Positions 16,826-26,009 of a stretch of 26,623 nucleotides of DNA are shown here, in pieces (position 1 is the stretch's first letter; every line of letters begins with the position of its first letter). The DNA is taken from positions 1 to 26,623 of the IMG/VR virus record IMGVR_UViG_3300037601_000048; one strand, 5' to 3'. Source of the DNA: a virus (lineage: Duplodnaviria; Caudoviricetes). The notes under the pieces were generated by a model. That model saw only the letters and a program-made list of their open reading frames with translations, did not search any database and was not told the DNA's origin. Position numbers and translations under genes: made by a program.

Positions 16826-17800
16826 ATGGGATTATTTGAAAAAAGAGTAAATGTATTACCCTATGAATATCCCTCTTTATTAGAATATAAAGATGCAATA
16901 AGACATAGTTATTGGATTCATTCTGAGTTTAATTTCACAGAAGATATATCTGATTTTAAAACAAGAATTAGTGACACAGAAAGAAGTGTAATAACTAAAT
17001 GTATGTTAGCAATTTCACAAATAGAGTTTAATGTTAAAACATTTTGGGCTAAATTATATGATAGAATGCCTAAACCAGAAATAGCTAGTGTAGGAATGAC
17101 ATTTTCAGAGTCTGAAGTTAGACATCAAGATGCTTATGGTCATTTGTTGGAAAAATTAGGGTTGCAAAAAGAATTTGAAAAAGTAATAGAAGTACCAGCA
17201 ATTAAAGATAGAATTGCTTATTTAAAAAAGTATCAAAGTGGTGCAAGAAGTAAATCTGACAGAATGTATACTAAAGCAGTATTATTATTCTCTCTTTTTA
17301 TTGAACATGTATCATTATTTTCTCAATTTTATATTATGATGTCTTTTAATAAAGAAAAGAATTTATTTAAAGGTATTAGTAATGTAGTTGAGGCAACTAG
17401 TAAAGAAGAAGATATTCATGGTAATTTTGGTTCAGAATTAATTAATATCATCAAAGAAGAACAACCAGAGTGGTTTGATGATGAAATGAATGATATTATT
17501 TATTCTGCTTGTAAAAAAGCTTTTGAAGCTGAATGCAAAATATTAGATTGGATATTTGAAGAAGGTGAACTAGAGTTTTTATCTAAAGAAACTATAGAAG
17601 AATTTATTAAAAAAAGATTTAATAATTCTCTTGAAAGAATTGGAATGGAACCTTGTTTTGATATAAATGTAGATTTGATTGAACCAACTCTTTGGTTTGA
17701 TGTAGAAATAAAAACTACTAAAGAAGGAGATTTCTTTTATAAAAAACAAATAGATTATAATAAGAAATCTAAAAGTATAACAGAAGATGATTTATTTTAA
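16826..17800 (+). CDS. nrdB: Ribonucleotide reductase class I beta subunit (NrdBi / class Id-like)
   Basis: Metal-ligand motifs QIE67, ESEVRH..AY, IEHVSLFSQF, EEDIH; C-terminal SITEDDLF. Confidence 0.95.
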   Translation: MGLFEKRVNVLPYEYPSLLEYKDAIRHSYWIHSEFNFTEDISDFKTRISDTERSVITKCMLAISQIEFNVKTFWAKLYDRMPKPEIASVGMTFSESEVRHQDAYGHLLEKLGLQKEFEKVIEVPAIKDRIAYLKKYQSGARSKSDRMYTKAVLLFSLFIEHVSLFSQFYIMMSFNKEKNLFKGISNVVEATSKEEDIHGNFGSELINIIKEEQPEWFDDEMNDIIYSACKKAFEAECKILDWIFEEGELEFLSKETIEEFIKKRFNNSLERIGMEPCFDINVDLIEPTLWFDVEIKTTKEGDFFYKKQIDYNKKSKSITEDDLF

Positions 17801-17802
17801 TT

Positions 17803-17934
17803 ATGGAAGATTTTTTAAAAGATTTAGAGTTTAATACAGAATATTTAATGACTCTTGATGGTGATGAATTTGAATGTATTACAATAGAAAATTTAAAAGG
17901 TATTCTTAAAAATTATAAAATTGAAAAAAATTAA
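17803..17934 (+). CDS. Small hypothetical protein (43 aa) between nrdB and nrdA
   Basis: ATG 17803 gives MEDFLKDLEFNTEYLMTLDGDEFECITIENLKGILKNYKIEKN; its TAA overlaps the nrdA ATG (TAATG). Absent from the ORF track. Confidence 0.65.
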   Translation: MEDFLKDLEFNTEYLMTLDGDEFECITIENLKGILKNYKIEKN

Positions 17935-19562
17935 TGGAATATAATAAATACTATTGGCTTAATGAAGAGTCACGAAAGTTTCTATCTAGAGGTTATATAA
18001 CAAATCAAACACCTGAACAAAGAATTAAAGATATTGCAAACACAGCAGAAAGAATATTAGGTATTAAAAACTTTTCTGAAAAATTTGAAGATTATATGGC
18101 TAAAGGTTATTATAGTCTTAGTACACCTGTATGGTGTAATTTTGGAAAAGAAAAAGCTTTACCTATTAGTTGTTATGGTAGTAATGTTGATGATACTTTA
18201 GATAGTATATTAAATGCTGGTAGAGAGATTGGCATGATGTCTAAATATGGAGGAGGTACTTCTGTATATTTAGGTAATATTAGACCAAGAGGAGAAGCCA
18301 TATCAGTAGGAGGTAATGCAGATGGACCAGTTCACTATGCTAAAATTTATGATACAATTATAGATGTATGTAAACAAGGTGAAAGTAGGCGAGGTGCTTG
18401 TGCATTATGGTTACCTGTAGAACATAAAGATATTGAAGAATTTTTAAATATTGGAACAGAAGGACATCCAATACAAAATTTACAATATGGTGTTACAGTA
18501 ACAGATAATTGGTTATCTGATATGATAAATGGAGATAAAACTAAACGTACTGTTTGGGCAAAAATAATTCAAAGACGTAGTGAATTTGGATTTCCATATA
18601 TTATGTTTAAAGATAACAGTAATAATAATAGTCCTTATAAAGAATTAGGTTTAGAAATAACAGCAAGTAATTTGTGTTCTGAAATACAATTACCTACAGA
18701 TAGTTTTAATAGTTTTGTATGTTGTTTAGGTAGTATTAATTTATTACATTGGGATGAATTAAAAAATACTGATGCTATTGAAACTTATATTTTATTTCTG
18801 AATGCAGTAATTGAAGAATTTGTAAAAAAATCTAGTGTACTTCCTGGAATGAAAAGAGCATGGAAATTTGCAAAAGATCATCGTGCTATTGGACTAGGAG
18901 TATTAGGTTATCATTCTTATTTACAATCAAATCTTATAGAATTTGAATCATTACAAGCCAAGTCTAAAAATTATGAAATATTTAGTACACTAAAAGAAAG
19001 ATCAGATAAAGCTTCTCAATGGTGTTATGAATATTTAGGATATAAAAGTTTAAGAGAAGGATATGCAAATACTACAGTTCTTGCTATTGCACCTACTAAA
19101 TCAAGTTCTTTTATATTAGGTCAAGTATCTATGGGTATAGAACCTATTAAAAGTAATTATTTTATTAAAGATTTAGCAAAAGTAAAAACAGTATATAAAA
19201 ATCCTTATTTAGAAAAAGAATTAGAAAAATACGAATTAAATACTCAAGAAGTTTGGAAAACTATATTAGATAATGATGGTTCATGCCAACATTTAGATTT
19301 TCCAACTAAAGAAGTATTTAAAAGTTTTATAGAAATATCTCCAAAAGAAATTATATTACAAGGAGCACAAAGACAACAATTTATAGATCAAAGTCAATCA
19401 TTAAATTTAATGATTCATCCATCTATACCAGCAAAAGAAATTAATAAATTATATTTATATGCTTGGGAAGAAGGAATAAAAACTTTGTATTATCAATTTA
19501 GTCAAAGTTCTGCACAATCTTTTGCAAGAGATATTAACAATTGTGTTGCTTGTGAAAGTTAA
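17934..19562 (+). CDS. nrdA: Ribonucleotide reductase class I alpha subunit (short, no ATP-cone)
   Basis: Motifs STPVW.N, PISCY, GGGTS, RRGA, SNLCSEI, VCCLGS, AIAPT, SQSLN, KTLYY and C-terminal CVAC. Confidence 0.96.
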   Translation: MEYNKYYWLNEESRKFLSRGYITNQTPEQRIKDIANTAERILGIKNFSEKFEDYMAKGYYSLSTPVWCNFGKEKALPISCYGSNVDDTLDSILNAGREIGMMSKYGGGTSVYLGNIRPRGEAISVGGNADGPVHYAKIYDTIIDVCKQGESRRGACALWLPVEHKDIEEFLNIGTEGHPIQNLQYGVTVTDNWLSDMINGDKTKRTVWAKIIQRRSEFGFPYIMFKDNSNNNSPYKELGLEITASNLCSEIQLPTDSFNSFVCCLGSINLLHWDELKNTDAIETYILFLNAVIEEFVKKSSVLPGMKRAWKFAKDHRAIGLGVLGYHSYLQSNLIEFESLQAKSKNYEIFSTLKERSDKASQWCYEYLGYKSLREGYANTTVLAIAPTKSSSFILGQVSMGIEPIKSNYFIKDLAKVKTVYKNPYLEKELEKYELNTQEVWKTILDNDGSCQHLDFPTKEVFKSFIEISPKEIILQGAQRQQFIDQSQSLNLMIHPSIPAKEINKLYLYAWEEGIKTLYYQFSQSSAQSFARDINNCVACES

Positions 19563-19671
19563 TACAGTTGAAATAATAACAAATGATTGGGATGTAATTA
19601 TTGTGAAAAAGCACAAAAGAAGGTTACTTATAGATGATGATAATATAAATCAAAGTTTAATTGAAGATTAA
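19552..19671 (+). CDS. Possible small hypothetical protein (39 aa, GTG start)
   Basis: MKVNTVEIITNDWDVIIVKKHKRRLLIDDDNINQSLIED fills the gap between nrdA and the terminator. Confidence 0.4.
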   Translation: MKVNTVEIITNDWDVIIVKKHKRRLLIDDDNINQSLIED

Positions 19672-19672
19672 T

Positions 19673-19705
19673 AAAAGGAGGTAGAAATACCTCCTTTTTT
19701 ATTTT
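19673..19705 (+). terminator. Rho-independent terminator
   Basis: AAAAGGAGGTA-GAAA-TACCTCCTTTT hairpin with a GNRA loop and T tract. Confidence 0.9.
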
Positions 19706-19711
19706 AATACT

Positions 19712-20020
19712 ATGGTAATAAAAAAGAAAAAATCAGATAATAATATAACTTATAATAGTTTAGAAAGAGAGTTATTTTTATCAAGATATGGAGTTTTAAG
19801 AAAAAAATTAGATATATATCTAGAAGGATGTAATAATCTTCAAAAAAGTAATTTTTTAAAACTTTTAACTAGAAGAGTGTATGTTGATAATATTCACTAT
19901 AGAGTACCTAGAGAAAATCAATTATCTATAATTGCATGCTATTATAAATTAATGGAAAATTATGGAGGAGATGCGTCACCACGTTCAACAGAAAGCATTG
20001 AAATGTTGGTTAGCGAATGA
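19712..20020 (+). CDS. Hypothetical protein
   Basis: 102-aa ORF starting just after the terminator. Confidence 0.65.
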   Translation: MVIKKKKSDNNITYNSLERELFLSRYGVLRKKLDIYLEGCNNLQKSNFLKLLTRRVYVDNIHYRVPRENQLSIIACYYKLMENYGGDASPRSTESIEMLVSE

Positions 20021-21170
20021 TAAAAAAGGAACAGTAGAAATAATAACAGGATTAGGTAAAACTTTTATCTCTTTACATGCATTATGTACTATGCCTAAAA
20101 ATATACCTCATCTTTTTTTAGCAGAAACTACAGGTAGAGAAAAAGATTTAAAAAAAGATTTAAAAAAATATAAAAAAATATTTGGTATAGATATTGAAAA
20201 AGAATATGATTTAAGATTTTATTGTTATCAAACTGTCTATAAATGGGAAGGTAAAAAAGTAGGATTAGTTATTGCAGATGAAATTCATGATGCTTTAACT
20301 CCAAAATATAGTCAATTCTTTTATAATAATAACTATGATGCTATTATAGGTTTATCAGCTACTATTAATACTAAAACAATATATGAAATAGATGATGAAA
20401 AAATTACTAAAGGAGATATATTAAATGAAATAGCTCCTATATGTTTTAGTTATAAAGTAGATGAAGCTAAAGAAGATGGTACTATGAGGGATCTAAATGT
20501 TTATATTATTCAACATAAATTAGATTCTAAAAATAAAATAATTAAATCTGGAAATAAAAAGAAAATTTTTTATCAAACAGAAGAGGCTGCATATAATTAT
20601 TGGGATAATAGACATAAAAAATCTTGGTTTATTCAAGACCAAGAAAAGAAAAATTTACAGATAAGAATTACTTCTACTAAAAGAAGTAATATATTATATA
20701 ATTTAGAATCTAAAATACCTATTGTAAAAACATTATTAAAAAATATTAAAGGTAAAAGTATTATATTTGGTAATAGTATAGATTCTTTATTAAAAGTAAC
20801 ACCTTATGTTATTAGTTCTAGAAATAACGATGATGTAAATAATTCTATTCGTGAAAAATTTGAAAAAAATAAAATTAAAGAAATAGCCAGTTTTAAAAAA
20901 TTAAAACAAGGAGCTAATTTAAATGAATTAGATAATTGTATTATAATGTCTTATTATAGTACAGATAAAGATTTTATTCAAAGAATAGGTAGATTAAGAA
21001 ATAATGGTAAAATTGGAAGTGTATTTGTAATATTAACAATGGGTACACAAGAAGAACAATGGTTTGTTAAAATATTTGAAAATATAAATAATATGAATAT
21101 GATTTATTGTCCTGATGTAGATTTTGCTATTAAAAAATATAAAGAAAATGATTACAGAAAAACAAAGTAG
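19962..21170 (+). CDS. Superfamily 2 (DEAH) helicase
   Basis: Motifs TGLGKT, ADEIH, GLSAT, LKQGAN, QRIGRLR. The start could be 19971. Confidence 0.92.
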   Translation: MEEMRHHVQQKALKCWLANDKKGTVEIITGLGKTFISLHALCTMPKNIPHLFLAETTGREKDLKKDLKKYKKIFGIDIEKEYDLRFYCYQTVYKWEGKKVGLVIADEIHDALTPKYSQFFYNNNYDAIIGLSATINTKTIYEIDDEKITKGDILNEIAPICFSYKVDEAKEDGTMRDLNVYIIQHKLDSKNKIIKSGNKKKIFYQTEEAAYNYWDNRHKKSWFIQDQEKKNLQIRITSTKRSNILYNLESKIPIVKTLLKNIKGKSIIFGNSIDSLLKVTPYVISSRNNDDVNNSIREKFEKNKIKEIASFKKLKQGANLNELDNCIIMSYYSTDKDFIQRIGRLRNNGKIGSVFVILTMGTQEEQWFVKIFENINNMNMIYCPDVDFAIKKYKENDYRKTK

Positions 21171-21957
21171 AAATAAATTAGGAGAAGGTAGAAATTTTGG
21201 ATTTGGATTTTCTATATTAGAAAAAATTAAAAATTCAGAAGATTTTAAAACTTATACAGCTTTTACAGCATGTAAAGATTATTTTAATGATTTAGTTTAT
21301 GTAGAAAATACTAAAAAATATTTATCTAAAATATTTGGATTTAAACATGAATTAAAAAATATATTTGAAAATCATAAAGAAAGTCATTTTTATTTAGGTA
21401 TATGTCCTTTACATAAACTTAATAGTGGTGAATATAATAAATATGATCAATTAGAAAAATTATTAAAAGAAAATATTAACAATATTATTAAAAATATTAA
21501 TAATTTTGAAAAATTAATTCAAAAAGATAAATCATTCACTGAATTTTTTAAAAATGATGAAATAGAACATTATGGTAAGAAAAAAACCTCTTTTGCTGTA
21601 ATAATTAAAGTTCCTAAATATTGGGTTGAACATCCTTCTTTATTTAGTTTATATTTATTATTAATAAGAATATATGGTTCTGTAACTGAAGAAAAAAGCA
21701 TTTTTGAATTAGAAACTAAAGATGTTTTTATAGAAGCAGATGGTTATTTTTTAAGAAAATTAAAAAAATTAGAATTAATAGTTGATGATTTTTCTAAAAT
21801 TTATGAATTTTATGATTATGATAAATTATATGTTACTAAAAATCAAAATGCATCAGGAGTTCATAGTTATGGTATAATGTCATGGTTAGAAAATTTAGAA
21901 AAAAATTTAAAAGAAAATGAAAAAACTAAAGGAAAAAGTATTAAAAAGGCTGCATAA
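21148..21957 (+). CDS. Hypothetical protein
   Basis: ORF 21124..21957 with probable start at ATG 21148; contains FTACKDYFND, W...PSLFSLYLLLIR, HSYGI. Confidence 0.75.
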   Translation: MITEKQSRNKLGEGRNFGFGFSILEKIKNSEDFKTYTAFTACKDYFNDLVYVENTKKYLSKIFGFKHELKNIFENHKESHFYLGICPLHKLNSGEYNKYDQLEKLLKENINNIIKNINNFEKLIQKDKSFTEFFKNDEIEHYGKKKTSFAVIIKVPKYWVEHPSLFSLYLLLIRIYGSVTEEKSIFELETKDVFIEADGYFLRKLKKLELIVDDFSKIYEFYDYDKLYVTKNQNASGVHSYGIMSWLENLEKNLKENEKTKGKSIKKAA

Positions 21958-22195
21958 AAACTCACATGAATTTAATCTTTTAAAAACAGCAGAAGAAGCA
22001 AGTGAATTATCTGCTGTACTTTTACAAAGAGTTAATAAAGGACCTTTAAAAGTATCTGATAAAAAGATTATTGAAGAAATTGGAGATTTAAAATTAAGAC
22101 TTTGGTATTTAGAAGCCTATTATGGTAAAGAATCTGTTAAAAATAGAATTATTAATAAATTTATACAAATAAATAAATATGCTAATAGTAGGTGA
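21917..22195 (+). CDS. MazG-like pyrophosphohydrolase (short)
   Basis: Motifs KTAEEASEL and IIEEIGDL (EExxE...EExxD pattern). Confidence 0.72.
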   Translation: MKKLKEKVLKRLHKNSHEFNLLKTAEEASELSAVLLQRVNKGPLKVSDKKIIEEIGDLKLRLWYLEAYYGKESVKNRIINKFIQINKYANSR

Positions 22196-23084
22196 AGCAG
22201 CAAGAAAACAAAGTTTAGATGATATAAAAGTATTAGAAGTAATATGTAAAAGTGAACAAATTAATCATGTGTTAAATCATTTTAATATAGAATCACATAG
22301 ATTTAAATATATGAATAAAATAAGTACTTTTTACCAACTTAATAATAAAGGTAAAATGTTAATTATTCATAATGCTAGTACATTTTTACCATTACATCAA
22401 TTATTAGTCGAAACTTTTGCTACAGGATATAATTATAAAATTTGTAATGTAATTGTTCAAGCAGCTATAGATTATGCTAGATTATTATTTACTCATAAAG
22501 AAATTACTACATGGCAAGAATCTATGGAATTTTATACTTATATAAATGAAAAATACTTACAATATTTAGATCAAAAAACCAAATATCATTTTAACAGACG
22601 TATTAATATGTTAAAAGGATGGGTTATTAGTGATAATCATAGATATATATCTAAGGTATATAAATATAGTAGACATGTTGAATGTTCCAGTACTACTTTA
22701 TTTAATCTATATAGAAGAAGAAAAGACTCTGTTTTTTTACAATTATTTGATGAAGAAGAAGATTATATAGATTTATCTAAAATAAATTATAATACTTGGG
22801 ATCACTTTTCAGATATGCAAAAAACAGATGCAATAGCTGAACTTATTTCAGTACAAACTACTCATGATGAAATAATGCCTTACTATTTAATTAGAAATAG
22901 CTTACCTAAAGTAATGCTTCCTTATTTACTTATAAGTTATATGAATTTAGTAAGTTCTAATTTGGGTTATAAGATTATTAATTATGCTATTGCTAATTTT
23001 AACAATATAATGGAAGAAATTGATAATCAATCTTACAATGAAGATACAACTAGTTATTTCAAATATGGAGTTTTAAATTATTAA
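22179..23084 (+). CDS. Hypothetical protein
   Basis: 301-aa ORF overlapping its upstream neighbour; no recognised motif. Confidence 0.75.
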   Translation: MLIVGEAARKQSLDDIKVLEVICKSEQINHVLNHFNIESHRFKYMNKISTFYQLNNKGKMLIIHNASTFLPLHQLLVETFATGYNYKICNVIVQAAIDYARLLFTHKEITTWQESMEFYTYINEKYLQYLDQKTKYHFNRRINMLKGWVISDNHRYISKVYKYSRHVECSSTTLFNLYRRRKDSVFLQLFDEEEDYIDLSKINYNTWDHFSDMQKTDAIAELISVQTTHDEIMPYYLIRNSLPKVMLPYLLISYMNLVSSNLGYKIINYAIANFNNIMEEIDNQSYNEDTTSYFKYGVLNY

Positions 23085-23089
23085 AAAAT

Positions 23090-23803
23090 ATGAAAATAGC
23101 AACAATATCAGATACACATAATCAACATATATTATATAGCACTACTTTTTTAAAAGAAGAAAATGTTGATATGTTAATATGTGCTGGTGATGCATCAAAT
23201 ACTAAATCTCCTTATATAAATGAAAATGAATTAAGGAATTTTTTAGAATGGATGTCATCATTAAGACATATAAAATATAAAATTTTTGTACCTGGTAATC
23301 ATGATACTTCTTTTGAAAAAGGATTGATAAAAAGATTTCAATATCCAAATATTATATTTTTAGTTGATGAAACAATTACAATAAAAGAAAAATTATTGTT
23401 TGGATTAAAAAGTAGAAATATAAAAATACATGGAAGCCCATTCACACCTACATTTGGTACTGGATGGGCTTATAATTGTAAAAGAAGTAAAATATATAAA
23501 CATTGGGAAATGATTCCTGATGATACAGATATATTAATAACACATGGACCACCTAAATATATTTCAGATTATACTGTTGATTTTGATAGAAATATAATTA
23601 ATGTAGGAGATAAATCTTTATTAAATAAAGTTTTGGAAATACAACCTAAATTTCATATATTTGGTCATGTGCATGATGAAAAAGGGCATTATAATAATGG
23701 TGTAAAAACATTAGGTAATAAATGTAAAACTACATTTATAAATGCTTCAATTGTTGATTTAAAGCATAACCCAGTTAACACACCTATAATATTTAAAATA
23801 TGA
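23090..23803 (+). CDS. Calcineurin-like metallophosphoesterase (MPPED/239FB-like)
   Basis: Motifs ISDTH, CAGD, PGNHD, THGPP, FGHVHD. Confidence 0.92.
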   Translation: MKIATISDTHNQHILYSTTFLKEENVDMLICAGDASNTKSPYINENELRNFLEWMSSLRHIKYKIFVPGNHDTSFEKGLIKRFQYPNIIFLVDETITIKEKLLFGLKSRNIKIHGSPFTPTFGTGWAYNCKRSKIYKHWEMIPDDTDILITHGPPKYISDYTVDFDRNIINVGDKSLLNKVLEIQPKFHIFGHVHDEKGHYNNGVKTLGNKCKTTFINASIVDLKHNPVNTPIIFKI

Positions 23804-24045
23804 AATATAAATTAACAAAATTATCGGATGATAGATTTAAAGGAAAACATCCTAATGGTATTATAGAAGGTATGTCTTGGGAAGGACATATTAATTCTAA
23901 ACCAAAAATAGGAGAAAGATTTCATTTTGGTAATTATAAAGATCATCCAAGAAGTCATTTATTTACATCTGTAGTGACAGCACTATTTGAAGATGGTAAA
24001 TTTAAAACATTAAATAGTACATATCAATTAAAAGAAATAGAATGA
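23800..24045 (+). CDS. Hypothetical protein
   Basis: 81-aa ORF with ATGA coupling at both ends. Confidence 0.7.
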   Translation: MKYKLTKLSDDRFKGKHPNGIIEGMSWEGHINSKPKIGERFHFGNYKDHPRSHLFTSVVTALFEDGKFKTLNSTYQLKEIE

Positions 24046-24635
24046 GAATTAAAGATATAAAATTTGATAAAGACAAATTATTTTTTACATCTGATACTCA
24101 TTTTTGTCACGATAATATAATTAAATATTGTAATAGACCATTTGAAAATGTAGAAGAAATGAATAAAGTATTAATTAATAATTGGAATGAAAAAATATCA
24201 GAAGATGATACTGTATTCCATTTAGGTGATTTTGCTTTAAATGCTCCTACTAAATCTGTTCAACATATATTAAATAGATTAAATGGTAAAAAATATTTAA
24301 TCATTGGTAATCATGAAAAAGCTGCGTTATCTAAAGAATTTCTTCGTAATATGTGGGAAGGTATTTATGATATTGCAGAAATATATGTAGAAGATGAAGA
24401 AATAACATATAAAGAACAACATTTAGTAATGTGTCATTATCCAATGATTACATGGAATGCAAGTCACAGAGGATCTTGGCAATTATTTGGACATGTACAC
24501 GGAGGATTATCAAATAAAGGTAAAATAAATCATCATCCTGCACAAATGGATGTAGGAGTTGATTGTCATGATTTTTATCCTATTTCTTATCAAGAAGTAA
24601 AAGAACAAATAACAAAACAAATGTTATCAAAATGA
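24042..24635 (+). CDS. Calcineurin-like metallophosphoesterase (AQ1575-like)
   Basis: Motifs TSDTHF.H.NI, HLGDF, GNHE, CHYP, FGHVH, DVGVD. Confidence 0.92.
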   Translation: MRIKDIKFDKDKLFFTSDTHFCHDNIIKYCNRPFENVEEMNKVLINNWNEKISEDDTVFHLGDFALNAPTKSVQHILNRLNGKKYLIIGNHEKAALSKEFLRNMWEGIYDIAEIYVEDEEITYKEQHLVMCHYPMITWNASHRGSWQLFGHVHGGLSNKGKINHHPAQMDVGVDCHDFYPISYQEVKEQITKQMLSK

Positions 24636-24841
24636 AAATATTTGAAAAAAGAGAATTTTTTGATGGTGGACCTAATGATAAAGGTTGGACTATAGGGTAT
24701 ATTAAAGCTGAATCTAAAGAACAAGCTAAGGAAATTCTTAATATTGATCATAATTTTATTCAGTTATTTGAAATAAGCGAAAAAGAATTTAAAAAAAGAA
24801 AAAAAGAAGCTTGGGAAAATTATAAAATGTATAAACTATGA
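24632..24841 (+). CDS. Hypothetical protein
   Basis: 69-aa ORF with ATGA coupling at both ends. Confidence 0.65.
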   Translation: MKIFEKREFFDGGPNDKGWTIGYIKAESKEQAKEILNIDHNFIQLFEISEKEFKKRKKEAWENYKMYKL

Positions 24842-25386
24842 AAATTAGTAAAATAGAAAAAATAATAGTAACTTTATTGATAGGGCTTACATGGTTTGGT
24901 GCATTTATGATTCATCAAACTATGCCTTATGAATATCCATCACAAAGTTTTACTGCTGATAAAGATAATAAAATATGGTATATATTAATGCATGTTGGTA
25001 TGGCTATGACATTTTATTTTTTAGGTAGTATGTTTGGTAAAAAAAGGTTTATGTATACTGTTACAGCTTTTATGGGTATTGGTGTAGCAGGATTAGATAT
25101 GTTTGGATATAGTTTACCTCATAATATATTTACAGCTTTATTATTTGCTGGTGCTTCTTATTGTACTATTAAATATATGTCTTCTACAAAAGTAAAAGAA
25201 TTAATAAATAGTATAGCAATAGGCATATTATCTGTTTTATTTATATTTTCTGTTATAAATCCTTGTATTTTATTTACAGTAAAAGAAATAGAACAAATAA
25301 TTGAATTATACTTAGGAACAAATATTTTAATACATGTCTGGACAACAAAATATAGAACAAACAAAGACCTTAGTTTGGTTAGATGA
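24838..25386 (+). CDS. Multi-pass membrane protein
   Basis: Five to six hydrophobic segments. Confidence 0.75.
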   Translation: MKISKIEKIIVTLLIGLTWFGAFMIHQTMPYEYPSQSFTADKDNKIWYILMHVGMAMTFYFLGSMFGKKRFMYTVTAFMGIGVAGLDMFGYSLPHNIFTALLFAGASYCTIKYMSSTKVKELINSIAIGILSVLFIFSVINPCILFTVKEIEQIIELYLGTNILIHVWTTKYRTNKDLSLVR

Positions 25387-25765
25387 TATTAGAGATCCTA
25401 GTAAAAGTGGTTGGTTAAAATATATAGAATTTTATATAGATAATGATATTGATAATATAGGTATATATTGGGTTAAAAATTTAAATCAATTAAAAATACA
25501 TCTTGAAGTACATGGTTTACCTGATATTTTTAGTTTTGATACCATAGTCGATTCTTATCAAATAGATATGTTTGATAGAATTAAAAATGATATTGAAGAA
25601 AAAGAAAAATTAGGATATAAAGCTGTAGTAAAAGTTATAGATTATTGTATTAAAAATGATTTAGATTTTCCTAAATATCATATTCATTCAGGCACTAAAG
25701 AAGAAAGAAACGAAATTATTAATTATATTAATAATTTTCAAAATATTAAATTAGAATTAACATGA
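25334..25765 (+). CDS. Cyclic-phosphate-processing receiver-domain-like protein (divergent)
   Basis: Motifs WLDDIRDP, WVKN, GLPDIFSFD, GY, IHS; near two phosphoesterases. Confidence 0.7.
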   Translation: MSGQQNIEQTKTLVWLDDIRDPSKSGWLKYIEFYIDNDIDNIGIYWVKNLNQLKIHLEVHGLPDIFSFDTIVDSYQIDMFDRIKNDIEEKEKLGYKAVVKVIDYCIKNDLDFPKYHIHSGTKEERNEIINYINNFQNIKLELT

Positions 25766-25825
25766 CACCTTATTTTACAACAAATCAATATTTATTGTAT
25801 AACCTTAAAAAAGAAAAAAATAATA

Positions 25826-25939
25826 ATGACAAATAATCAATTAGGATTGAGAATTAATTACGCAAATAGGAGAAGGAACAGTATCCATCGTAATACACCT
25901 AGGGTTCTTTGGAAAACTAGAAGTAAACATATTGCTTAA
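25826..25939 (+). CDS. Possible small basic protein (37 aa)
   Basis: MTNNQLGLRINYANRRRNSIHRNTPRVLWKTRSKHIA, ending just before the terminator. Confidence 0.4.
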   Translation: MTNNQLGLRINYANRRRNSIHRNTPRVLWKTRSKHIA

Positions 25940-25952
25940 AAAAATTAATTAC

Positions 25953-25993
25953 AAAAAAAAGGGTAGCTTATTGCTACCCTTTATCTTTTTTTT
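25953..25993. terminator. Bidirectional Rho-independent terminator between convergent modules
   Basis: A tract, AAAGGGTAGC-TTATT-GCTACCCTTT hairpin, then T tract. Confidence 0.88.
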
Positions 25994-26009
25994 AGACCTT
26001 TTATTCATC

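Noticed and set aside
25158-25364. Minus-strand 68-aa ORF
   Set aside because: Antisense to the membrane protein gene.
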